A DNA stretch of 64,000 nucleotides, taken from contig CAXXDV010000003.1 in NCBI GenBank assembly GCA_963674745.2, forward strand, positions 768,001-832,000, in the 5' to 3' direction. Source of the stretch: Desulfosudaceae bacterium (GTDB taxonomy: Bacteria > Desulfobacterota > Desulfobacteria > Desulfobacterales > Desulfosudaceae). The position numbers and the translations under genes were made by a program. Below, one piece after another: positions 1 to 8,820 of the stretch (within the stretch, counting starts at the first letter, position 1; every line of letters begins with the position of its first letter). The notes below the pieces were generated by a model. The model had not been told where the DNA came from. It saw only the letters and a list, made by a program, of their open reading frames with translations, and searched no databases.

Positions 1-2
1 AG

Positions 3-1325
3 ACGGTTCGCGCTGCGGAGAATTTTCCTGTTTCCGGCGTCCCCAACCACGCCGGTATTATCAATGCTTACGCTGTGATCAAAAAAGCGGCGGCCCTGGC
101 CAACATGGAGGTCGGCTGGCTCGATGAGGCCGTCGGTCAGGCCATTGTCCAGGCAGCAGACGAGGTGTTGGCCGGCGAGATGGCCGATCAGTTTATCGTG
201 GACCAGTTCCAGGCCGGGGCCGGTACATCGACCAACATGAACGTAAACGAGGTACTTGCCAACCGTGCCCTGGAAATTATCGGCCAGGAGCGGGGCCGTT
301 ACGATGTTATTTCTCCCAATGATCATGTCAACATGGCCCAGTCCACCAACGACACCTTCCCCACGGCCATGCACATAGCGGTTTACACCGAGGCCATGGC
401 GCTGGTTGAGGTGCTTGAATCACTGGCGCTTGCTTTCAGCGATAAGTCACAGGAATTTGACCGGTTCATCAAGCCCGGAAGGACCCATTTGCAGGATGCC
501 ATGCCGGTTACACTGGGTATGGAGTTTACCGCCTATGCCGCTGCTTTGGACAGAAGCGGTCAGAATCTGACCCAGCGGGCGGCCGGACTGCTGGCGCTTC
601 CCCTGGGAGGGACTGCCACCGGAACGGGTATTAACACCCATCCGGAATACAGGGATAGGGCCGTTACCCATATCGCCCGGATTACCAATCAACCGTTTAC
701 CGCCAACCCGCAGATGCGTGAAGCCATGCAATCCATGACCCGGGTGGTGGCGGTTTCATCTGTCTGCCGTGAGCTGGCCGTTGATCTTTGCCGCATTGCC
801 AATGATCTGCGGCTGATGGCGTCCGGGCCCACCGCCGGGCTGGCGGACATCGAGCTTCCGGCCGTTCAGCCGGGATCGTCGATTATGCCGGGTAAGGTCA
901 ATCCGGTCATGGCCGAGTGTCTGAACATGATCTGCTTTGTGGTTATGGGTAATGACGCGGCAGTTGCCCAGGCCGGAGCCGCCGGGCAGATGGAACTGAA
1001 CGTCATGATGCCGATGATGGCCAACGTTCTGTTGAGAACATTCGACTACCTGATCAATTATCTGCCGGTGTTTGAAACAAAATGCGTACAGGGAATTACG
1101 GCCAATGCCGACCGGTTGAAAGAACGGGTGATGCAGAATCCCGCTTTGGCCACATTGCTCAACCGGAAAATCGGATACCTGGCGGCAGCCAAAGTCGCCA
1201 AGGAGTCGATCAGGACCGGTCGGCCGGTGGCTGAATTGGTGGTGACAAACGGCTTGCTTTCCCGGGCCGAGGCGGATGAGTTGTTCAGCCTGGAAGCCAT
1301 GGTCAATCGATCTTTCGAGAAATGA
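3..1325 (+). CDS. aspA: Aspartate ammonia-lyase / class II fumarase family (5' end lies outside the window)
   Basis: Frame is open from base 3 (TVRAAENFPVSG); motifs GAGTSTNMN, QSTND, GRTHLQDA and GSSIMPGKVNP. Confidence 0.8.
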   Translation, partial: TVRAAENFPVSGVPNHAGIINAYAVIKKAAALANMEVGWLDEAVGQAIVQAADEVLAGEMADQFIVDQFQAGAGTSTNMNVNEVLANRALEIIGQERGRYDVISPNDHVNMAQSTNDTFPTAMHIAVYTEAMALVEVLESLALAFSDKSQEFDRFIKPGRTHLQDAMPVTLGMEFTAYAAALDRSGQNLTQRAAGLLALPLGGTATGTGINTHPEYRDRAVTHIARITNQPFTANPQMREAMQSMTRVVAVSSVCRELAVDLCRIANDLRLMASGPTAGLADIELPAVQPGSSIMPGKVNPVMAECLNMICFVVMGNDAAVAQAGAAGQMELNVMMPMMANVLLRTFDYLINYLPVFETKCVQGITANADRLKERVMQNPALATLLNRKIGYLAAAKVAKESIRTGRPVAELVVTNGLLSRAEADELFSLEAMVNRSFEK

Positions 1326-1480
1326 AAAGACGCCCGGACAGGACGGGTGATGATAAGGGTATTTTGAAGAATATACGATGGATGGAGACGGCTGGATGTG
1401 AGGGGAGGGCCTTTTGTCCGGGCCCGGTCAGGTTCGCCATCCAATTCCGGACCATGGTCCGGAAAAATCTGACCGGGTAA
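1322..1480 (+). CDS. Possible 52-aa small protein (MKRRPDRTG...CEGRAFCPGPVRFAIQFRTMVRKNLTG)
   Basis: ATG overlaps the aspA TGA (ATGA); fills the gap before the DUF362 gene; no homology evidence. Confidence 0.3.
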   Translation: MKRRPDRTGDDKGILKNIRWMETAGCEGRAFCPGPVRFAIQFRTMVRKNLTG

Positions 1481-1505
1481 CCGGATAAAACCTGGAGGCG
1501 TAAGT

Positions 1506-2420
1506 ATGGATAGAAGAACTTTTTTAAAACAGGTGGCCCTTTGGTATGCTGGGGTTGTTACGACCGTGCCGGTGTTTCGACTGGTATCCGGGGCTATGGC
1601 TGAAACAACCGTCAAGCCGGAGATCATGGTTGCCAAAGGTGACGATTACGCCGGGATCACTGCCGCGGTTGTCGAAAAGATGGGCGGTATCAGCCGGTTT
1701 GTCAAAACCGGCGCCAGGGTTGTGGTAAAGCCGAACATCGGCTGGGACAGAAGACCGGAACAGGCAGCAGATACCCATCCACTGGTGGTGCGGGCCCTGG
1801 TTGAAATGGCGCTTGATGCCGGTGCTGCTTCCGTCCAGGTGTTTGACCGGACCTGCAATGAGGAAAGACGATGCTACCAGAACAGCGGTATCAAGCCGGA
1901 ACTGGAAAAAATCAAAGACAAACGTGTCAAATGTGAATTTATCGATGACCGCAAGTTTGTGCCGGTCAAAATCGAACATGGGCGGGCGCTTCGTGAGTGG
2001 TCGTTTTATAAAGACGCCCTGGAGGCGGACTGCTATATCAATGTGCCCATAGCCAAGCATCACGGCCTGTCCGGCCTGACGCTGGGGCTGAAAAACGTCA
2101 TGGGGGTCATTGGCGGCCGGCGGGGAAAAATCCATCATGACATGGCCCAGAACCTGGCTGATCTGAACACGGTTATCCGGCCGACATTGACCGTGGTGGA
2201 TGCCACCCGTATGCTGTTGAGAAGCGGACCCCAGGGAGGGAGTCTGGATGATGTCAGCGTGCGCAACACGGTGCTGGCTTCGACCGATCCCGTGGCTACC
2301 GATGCCTATGCCACCACGCTTTTTGATGTCAAACCCGATATGCTGCCTTCCACGGTGGCGGCTTATAAGATGGGCCTGGGGGAGATGGATCTTGGCAAAT
2401 GCCGCGTCACTGAACTGTAA
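1506..2420 (+). CDS. DUF362 family protein with Tat signal
   Basis: N-terminal DRRTFLK twin-arginine motif; VVVKPN, THP, NVPIAKHH, LGLKNVMG, DPVATD; GGAGG RBS. Confidence 0.85.
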   Translation: MDRRTFLKQVALWYAGVVTTVPVFRLVSGAMAETTVKPEIMVAKGDDYAGITAAVVEKMGGISRFVKTGARVVVKPNIGWDRRPEQAADTHPLVVRALVEMALDAGAASVQVFDRTCNEERRCYQNSGIKPELEKIKDKRVKCEFIDDRKFVPVKIEHGRALREWSFYKDALEADCYINVPIAKHHGLSGLTLGLKNVMGVIGGRRGKIHHDMAQNLADLNTVIRPTLTVVDATRMLLRSGPQGGSLDDVSVRNTVLASTDPVATDAYATTLFDVKPDMLPSTVAAYKMGLGEMDLGKCRVTEL

Positions 2421-2422
2421 AG

Positions 2423-3976
2423 ATGAATAAAAAGGTGTTCACCCGCCGGGCGCGGCAGGTCTGTCAGCTCTTGTTTCTGGCGCTGTTTTTGTTTCTTTTC
2501 CGGCAGACCGATTACACCGGTCAGGACACGATTCCTTACGCGGTCAATATTTTTTTCCGATGGGACCCGCTGGTGGCGGCCACGGTGACGTTGGCCACCC
2601 GTACGTTGATATTTTTGCTGCTTCCCGCCTTTTTTGTTGTCGGGTTGACGGTTCTTTTCGGCCGGGTTTTCTGCGGCTGGATCTGCCCCCTGGGTACGCT
2701 GCTGGACGGTGCCGGTCATGTGATCAAGCCGGTTCGGCATCCCGTCCGCCCCAAACGTTATTTGAAATACATTGTTCTGACAATCGTCCTGGTATCGGCG
2801 GGATTTGGTATGCAGCTGGCCGGGTGGGTGGATCCGTTCGCCATCCTGGTCCGTGGAATGGTGATTGCCGTCGACCCGCTGGTTAACGCTCTGGTGACAT
2901 CCGGGTTTGACGCCATTTATTTCCATGGCCCGGATTGGATGACGGCTGTCAGTGAACCCGTGTATGATGTTTTCAAGGATGTTGTTCTGCCTTACAAGCA
3001 GTCCTATTTTTTGTGGCCGGTGATTTCTTTTGCCATTCTGGCCGGGGTTTTCGCCCTGGAAATCCTGGGCAGGCGTTTCTGGTGCCGGAATGTCTGTCCG
3101 CTGGGCGCCATGCTGGCCCTGATTTCACGGTTTTCTTTTTTCCGGCGCAAGCCTTTAATGGCCTGTAAAGGGTGTGGCGATTGCAGGGAAAAATGCCGCA
3201 TGCAGGCCTTTGATGACAGGCACCGCATGATGGCCGAAGAATGTAGCCTCTGTCTGGATTGCCTTGAATTCTGCCCCAAAAAAATCACCACCTTCAAATT
3301 TTCCATGCCGGTCAACAAAGCGCCCATGGATGTGCCCCGGCGTCATCTGCTCGGGGCCGGGTTGACCGGTTTGTTTCTGCCGGTTCTGGTAAAACTTGAT
3401 GCCAAAGCCGGTAACCCTTCGAACCGCATACTAAGACCCCCCGGCGCCCTGAAAGAAACCGACTTTCTTAAAACCTGCGTGCGATGCGGTGAGTGCATGA
3501 AAGTCTGTATTCAAAACGCGCTTCAGCCGGTCTTTTTTGAACAGGGGCTGGACGGTATCTTCACCCCCCGGCTGGTGCCCCGGCTGGGATACTGTGAATT
3601 CAACTGCACCCTGTGCGGTCAGGTCTGTCCCACCGGCGCCCTCGAACAACTGCCCCTGGCTGAAAAACATGCCTTTGTCATCGGGCGGGCGGTGTTTGAC
3701 AAAAATCGTTGCCTGCCCTATGCCGCGGCCACTCCCTGTATCGTCTGTGAAGAACATTGTCCTACCTCGGAAAAAGCCATCCAGTTCGAGCAGGTGAGGG
3801 CCACCGGCCCGGATGGCCGAACGGTAATGCTCAAACGGCCTTTTGTGGTGATTGATCGTTGTATCGGCTGTGGTATCTGCGAAAAGGTATGCCCGGTACC
3901 CGGCCCGGCGGCGGTTCGGGTATATCCGGCAGACGTGGAGCAGTCTGCGTCGTTACTGTCTGGGTATGGTTACTGA
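2423..3976 (+). CDS. Membrane polyferredoxin (NapH/MauN-like fused to NapG/MauM-like)
   Basis: TM helices; GRVFCGWICPLG and RFWCRNVCPLG; LRPPGA..CVRCGECMKVC; several CxxCxxCxxxCP. Confidence 0.85.
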   Translation: MNKKVFTRRARQVCQLLFLALFLFLFRQTDYTGQDTIPYAVNIFFRWDPLVAATVTLATRTLIFLLLPAFFVVGLTVLFGRVFCGWICPLGTLLDGAGHVIKPVRHPVRPKRYLKYIVLTIVLVSAGFGMQLAGWVDPFAILVRGMVIAVDPLVNALVTSGFDAIYFHGPDWMTAVSEPVYDVFKDVVLPYKQSYFLWPVISFAILAGVFALEILGRRFWCRNVCPLGAMLALISRFSFFRRKPLMACKGCGDCREKCRMQAFDDRHRMMAEECSLCLDCLEFCPKKITTFKFSMPVNKAPMDVPRRHLLGAGLTGLFLPVLVKLDAKAGNPSNRILRPPGALKETDFLKTCVRCGECMKVCIQNALQPVFFEQGLDGIFTPRLVPRLGYCEFNCTLCGQVCPTGALEQLPLAEKHAFVIGRAVFDKNRCLPYAAATPCIVCEEHCPTSEKAIQFEQVRATGPDGRTVMLKRPFVVIDRCIGCGICEKVCPVPGPAAVRVYPADVEQSASLLSGYGY

Positions 3977-5509
3977 CGGGAAACGGGATACGTCCGTGTG
4001 GGGCAGGAACTTCGCAGCGCTGAAGCGGTTCATGAAATCCTGGTTGACGTTCAGTTCCAGATAGGTCAGCCGGTCCGTTATCCCTGGTATTTGCTCGATC
4101 GACGTTCGGTCGGTCAGAACCATGGTCGCTCCTTCCAGGGAACTGTTGCCGAGCACGTTGAATATGGACAACGGCAAATCCGGCAGCATACCGATGGCGA
4201 TGGCTGAACGGGGATTGATGAACGAACCGAATGTGCCGGCCACGTTAAAGGTGTTGATGTCGGAAAAGGTCAGGCCGACCGTTGTGGTCAGGGTTCTTAA
4301 TATGGTATACATGGCCGCCTTGGAGCGGATCAGGTTGTCGATGTCGGGCTGGCTCAGGCTGAGGGCTTTATCGGTGGCAGAGGATTCTTCCGGAACGACC
4401 ACAAATTCTTTGATGCCGTCCTTGTTTTTGATCCGGCCATGCCGGTCTTCGGTCAACTTGCCGCGGATGTCGATAATGCCGGCCTGAAACAGCCCGGCAA
4501 CCAGGTCGATAAAGGCCGAACCGCAGATACCCCGGGGAGGCAGGTTGTCGATGGTTTCCATGGTCAGCAATTGCGTTTCGGGATCAAGCTCAAGGCGGTG
4601 AATCACGCCCGGGCCGGCCTTGGCCCCGATTTCCGTTACCCCGCCTTCTAAGGCCGGTCCGGCCGCGCCGGCACAGGCGATCAGCCAGTCTTTATTGCCC
4701 AGCACGACTTCGGCGTTGGTACCGACGTCGACCAGCAGCATGGTCTGTTCGCTTTCGGCCATACCGGAATAAAGGATTCCGGAAACGAGATCACCACCGA
4801 AGTAACTGCCGATATTGGGAAACCCATAGATTTCGGCCAACGGGGCGGCTGATATGCCGATGTCTGCGGCCTTAATCATGCCCGGGTGGTTACAGGCCGG
4901 AATGTAAGGCTCGCGAATGATCCAGTGCGGGTTGAGTTTCAAAAAAAAATGGGTCATGGTGGTGTTGCCGGCCACGGCCAGAAGATAAAGTTTTTCCGCA
5001 GACAGGCCGCAGACGGCGCACAATTCATTAATGGCGTTGTTTAACCCTTCTACGATCACCTGATGCATCTGTTCCAGGCCGCCGGGTTCCCGGTCGGTAA
5101 AATGAATACGGGTCAGGATATCATCACCGAAGGCGGTCTGCGGATTCTCAAACGACGTTTCCGCCAGCGCCTGTCCGGTTTCAAGCTCGATCAGCCGGGT
5201 AACCACCCTGGTCGTGCCGAGATCAACGGCCAGGCCGGTGATCGGCGTTTCATCCGCGGCGTCGGTTACGCCGATCAGGCGTGTGATCGTGCCATCGGAG
5301 AACAGAACGCAACGGACATCATAATGCCATTGTCGAAGGTTATCAGGAAGCAGACGGATCAGTTCTATATCCGCTACCATATTTTTGACATGAAACTTTT
5401 TTTTCAGGGTGTTCAGCAGCCGGTCCGTGTCGGCCAGGTTATCGGACAGGGAGGGAGGCGAAAGCGTGATGCGTTCAACCCAGGAGGCGCTTGGCGTTGT
5501 CATACCCAT
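3953..5509 (-). CDS. ASKHA/DUF4445 protein, RACo/AcsV-like reductive activator of corrinoid proteins
   Basis: GLAVDLGTT, NPQ..FGDDILTRI, VAGNTTM, DVGTNAE, AGAAGPALEG, GICGS, GNSSLEGA. Confidence 0.85.
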   Translation of the reverse strand: MGMTTPSASWVERITLSPPSLSDNLADTDRLLNTLKKKFHVKNMVADIELIRLLPDNLRQWHYDVRCVLFSDGTITRLIGVTDAADETPITGLAVDLGTTRVVTRLIELETGQALAETSFENPQTAFGDDILTRIHFTDREPGGLEQMHQVIVEGLNNAINELCAVCGLSAEKLYLLAVAGNTTMTHFFLKLNPHWIIREPYIPACNHPGMIKAADIGISAAPLAEIYGFPNIGSYFGGDLVSGILYSGMAESEQTMLLVDVGTNAEVVLGNKDWLIACAGAAGPALEGGVTEIGAKAGPGVIHRLELDPETQLLTMETIDNLPPRGICGSAFIDLVAGLFQAGIIDIRGKLTEDRHGRIKNKDGIKEFVVVPEESSATDKALSLSQPDIDNLIRSKAAMYTILRTLTTTVGLTFSDINTFNVAGTFGSFINPRSAIAIGMLPDLPLSIFNVLGNSSLEGATMVLTDRTSIEQIPGITDRLTYLELNVNQDFMNRFSAAKFLPHTDVSRFPSVTIPRQ

Positions 5510-5518
5510 GCCACCGGA

Positions 5519-6358
5519 TTAAAGCTCAAATGACATACCGCAGTCAACAGCCACACATTGCAGGGATTTGCCCTGCTCATCAATAATGTTGTGGCAGACA
5601 TTCAGGATCGTATCCATCTGGCGGTCTGTCCGGTTCTGGTTGAGGTGAAAGAGGCCCAGGGTGGTCACATTGGCCTCGATGGCCAGAGAAAGCGTGTCGG
5701 TGTAAACCGAATGTCCCCAATCGATCTGGTTGTCGTATTCTTCCGGTGTATATTCGGCATCATGAATCAGAAGGTCCGCGTCCCGGGAAAATTCAAGATA
5801 GTCTTCGTAAGCCAGGCCGCCGTCATGGACGTAGCCAAGTTCATTGTCCGTCAGGAAAACAAATGTTTTACCGTCTTCGGTGAGCTTGTAACCGCTGCCG
5901 CCGCCGGGGTGACTGAGGTGGATGGGCATAATAGACACGGATCCGATCTGAAATTCATCGGGGCAGCCTTTTTTATAGTTGATACCGGCTTTGAGATCAT
6001 CGTATCGGATCGGGAAATGGGGTGGGGTCATAACTTTGGAGATCATCTGTTCGACATATTTTCCCGGATTGGGACAACGATAAACATCAATAACCGTATT
6101 TTCCAGAAAAAGCGGTTTGAAAAAAGGCAACCCCATCAGGTGGTCCCAATGGGCGTGGGTAAACAGCAGGTGATAGTGAAACCGCTGCTGTTCAACCAGC
6201 ATATTCCCCAGTCGGCGGATGCCGGTACCGGCATCAATGATGATAATATCATTGCTCTTGGTCGTAATTTGTATACAGGTGGTGTCACCGCCGTATTTAA
6301 TGTACTCAGGCCCCGACACCGGTATGGAGCCTCTTGATCCCCAGGATTTGATAATCAT
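5519..6358 (-). CDS. MBL-fold metallo-hydrolase (RNase Z/PhnP-like)
   Basis: WGSRGS, YGGDTTC, DAGTG, THAHWDH, TDNE, HDAEY, WGHS. Confidence 0.85.
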   Translation of the reverse strand: MIIKSWGSRGSIPVSGPEYIKYGGDTTCIQITTKSNDIIIIDAGTGIRRLGNMLVEQQRFHYHLLFTHAHWDHLMGLPFFKPLFLENTVIDVYRCPNPGKYVEQMISKVMTPPHFPIRYDDLKAGINYKKGCPDEFQIGSVSIMPIHLSHPGGGSGYKLTEDGKTFVFLTDNELGYVHDGGLAYEDYLEFSRDADLLIHDAEYTPEEYDNQIDWGHSVYTDTLSLAIEANVTTLGLFHLNQNRTDRQMDTILNVCHNIIDEQGKSLQCVAVDCGMSFEL

Positions 6359-6365
6359 TGAACCG

Positions 6366-7274
6366 TTACCTTAACTGGTTATGTCCTTGATCGGGTAGTT
6401 CAACCCCCTGTTTCCCCAAAATGGTGTACCAGATCTGATTACTATTCCAAATATTTAAAATGTCAACAGATAAATTATTTAATCGCTTGAGGATTTTTTT
6501 CACCGGTGTTCGCAGCAGGCCGGACAGGATGAACCACCGGCTGTTAAGAAACAGGGGTGAATCGATCAGCGTGTCCATAATCTCGTAGTGGATATTGGCC
6601 ATCAGCAGGTCAACCCGTTTATAAGCCGGTTCCATGGCCGAACCTTTTATAATCAGAACCCGATCGTTCACGTTATTAATCATAACATTGTGCCTGGCGG
6701 TTTGAGCCGCCAGCAAATTGTTGTCTACCCCGACAATTCTTTCAACGCCCCTTAATGCCGCGGCTATGGAAAGCATGCCGGTCCCCGTGCCGATATCAAG
6801 GGCCGTTTTTACATTTTTACTATTATAGCACATTAAGGACAATGCTTCAAGGCAGTCATGGGTTGTGGCATGAAACCCGCTGCCGAAAACCAGTCCCGGA
6901 TCCAGTAACAGGTGTGTGCCCTCGCTCGATTCGATCGGGGGATCCCAGGGCGGGTAGATATTAAATCCCCCGGCGGTAAGCGGCAGGCCGTCCATGGGTT
7001 GCCATTCCCTGTAAGGCATATCAAATATGTCGGCCAGGGTCAGCATCGGTCGCTCATTCAAGAATTTTCGAACCGCTTCTTCAGCCGGGGCAGTAAAAAA
7101 AAGAAACGAGCAGTCCGCTTCTTCCCAGTTGCCGATAAAGTCAGGGCCCAGATTCGCCTGGCAGGTATCCGCCCTGCCTTTAAGATAGTAGATATAAATA
7201 TGTTCGCCGGGAACAAGTGGTAGGGCTGTTCCGGTTTCTACCGGTTGCGACATTTGTCGGGCCGTGTTGTTCAT
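6366..7274 (-). CDS. prmA: PrmA-like SAM-dependent protein methyltransferase
   Basis: LDPGLVFGSGFHATT, LDIGTGTGMLSI, ANI, ILSGL. Confidence 0.7.
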   Translation of the reverse strand: MNNTARQMSQPVETGTALPLVPGEHIYIYYLKGRADTCQANLGPDFIGNWEEADCSFLFFTAPAEEAVRKFLNERPMLTLADIFDMPYREWQPMDGLPLTAGGFNIYPPWDPPIESSEGTHLLLDPGLVFGSGFHATTHDCLEALSLMCYNSKNVKTALDIGTGTGMLSIAAALRGVERIVGVDNNLLAAQTARHNVMINNVNDRVLIIKGSAMEPAYKRVDLLMANIHYEIMDTLIDSPLFLNSRWFILSGLLRTPVKKILKRLNNLSVDILNIWNSNQIWYTILGKQGVELPDQGHNQLR

Positions 7275-8017
7275 AATATCTGATCAAAAATCTTATAAGC
7301 AGCCGCAATAGCGGGGTTTTCCTGGGGCAGCTCGACGGTGGGGCGGCCTTTAAAGTCGAAATCGTACACCGTATCATCGGCCGGAATACATCCCGCCAGT
7401 GTCAGATTGTTTTCAGCGATGATGGCCTTGACTTCATCAGAAGGGTCTTCCTTGACCCGGTTAAAAATGAGAAAGGATTTCTCCACCCCGATGTTTAAAT
7501 TCCGGGCCAGGTCGTTGATCCTGATCGCGGCCTGAAGCCCGCGGCGGGAAGCGTCTGATATGATTAGCAGGACATCCACGTTTCTGGTGGTCAGCCGGCT
7601 GATATGTTCCATGCCGGCCTCGTTGTCAATGACGATCCAGGGATAATTGTCCGAAAGTTTTTCCAGAAAATTGATCAGCAGGGTGTTGGCGGCACAATAG
7701 CAACCGGTTCCCTCCGGCTGGCCCATGACAATCAGGTCATACCCGTCGGCTTCGGAAATTGATTCTTCCATTTTCATGGAGATAAAAATGTCCTTGGTCA
7801 TGCCCGAAGGAACACTGCCTTTTTTCATGTCTTCCCGCGCCTGTCCCAGGGTTCCGGATACTTCCATACCCAGCACTTCGTTCAGGTTGGCGTTGGAGTC
7901 GGCGTCAACCGCCAGTATCGGCACCTTTCCTTTAAGGGTTAAGTAATTGATCAGCATGCCCGCGATAGTGGTTTTGCCTGTTCCGCCTTTTCCGGCCAGT
8001 GCAATTGAAAAAGCCAT
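7271..8017 (-). CDS. cooC: CooC/AcsF nickel-insertion ATPase
   Basis: GKGGTGKT, VDADSN, GCYC, DNEAGMEHISR. Confidence 0.85.
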   Translation of the reverse strand: MAFSIALAGKGGTGKTTIAGMLINYLTLKGKVPILAVDADSNANLNEVLGMEVSGTLGQAREDMKKGSVPSGMTKDIFISMKMEESISEADGYDLIVMGQPEGTGCYCAANTLLINFLEKLSDNYPWIVIDNEAGMEHISRLTTRNVDVLLIISDASRRGLQAAIRINDLARNLNIGVEKSFLIFNRVKEDPSDEVKAIIAENNLTLAGCIPADDTVYDFDFKGRPTVELPQENPAIAAAYKIFDQIL

Positions 8018-8199
8018 AATTTTTAATCCTTATACGTAAAGCAATTATTTTATTTCAAGAACGCACATATTTCTGAATATAATTTTTTTAACATAATATG
8101 AAATAGATCTTTGTTCAAGAGAGATTCTGCTCTGGATTTTTTGCAATCCCTGGAAAAATATGTTAGGTCATTTTAAACAACAAAACAGGGGGAATAGGT

Positions 8200-8796
8200 G
8201 TGATGATAACCATAAGAACCATGACACGGTTAATTTTGATGGTGGTTTGCCTGTTTGTCATGAGCGCAGTTCTGCAAACACCTGTTTGCGCTGCGGAGCA
8301 GGTCGGTTTTTTAAACGATTCCATTAAAATCATGATGCGGTCCGGGAAAGGCTCTGATTATCGGATTATCGCCATGCCGACGCTGGGGCAGAAGATAACC
8401 GTTCTGGAAGAAGCGGACGGGTGGGTGAAAATAAGAACGGACGCGGGAACCGAAGGATGGGTCCTGAGCCGTTTTGTCGGCTATGAAGTACCTTACCGGA
8501 TTCGTTTTGACGCGCTCCACAAAGAATACAAGGAAATTTCCGAAAAACGCGCTGCCGTTGAAAAGGAGAACAGCCGGCTGACCAGAGAGAACAAAGAGAT
8601 GGCCAAACGGCTGAACACCGGGATGGGTGAGATGACAGCTCAGATCGAGAAACTCACCAAGGAGAACCGGCTTCTTCGGGATGAGGTCTCCAACCGGCTG
8701 ATCAAATGGTTTCTGACCGGTGCCGGGGTCTTGTTTTTCGGGTTTTTTATCGGTTACCTGACCAAACGGGAGCGCCGGCGGTCTTACCTTTTATAA
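8200..8796 (+). CDS. SH3-domain protein with signal peptide, coiled coil and C-terminal TM (YgiM/HtrG type)
   Basis: MRSGKG..YRII, GWVKIRT...EGWV, WFLTGAGVLFFG followed by a basic tail. Confidence 0.8.
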   Translation: MMITIRTMTRLILMVVCLFVMSAVLQTPVCAAEQVGFLNDSIKIMMRSGKGSDYRIIAMPTLGQKITVLEEADGWVKIRTDAGTEGWVLSRFVGYEVPYRIRFDALHKEYKEISEKRAAVEKENSRLTRENKEMAKRLNTGMGEMTAQIEKLTKENRLLRDEVSNRLIKWFLTGAGVLFFGFFIGYLTKRERRRSYLL

Positions 8797-8820
8797 ATTT
8801 TTTTGAAAGCAAACCAATTG

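Noticed and set aside
1378..1480. Selenocysteine read-through at the TGA near 1399 followed by a hairpin
   Set aside because: The read-through peptide has no selenoprotein-like motif and is not in frame with a recognisable domain
5558..6337. 259-aa plus-strand ORF, and similar long antisense ORFs at 8791-9570, 15544-16179, 18511-19212, 29738-30403 and 54846-55520
   Set aside because: Shadow ORFs opposite well-supported genes, with no recognisable motifs
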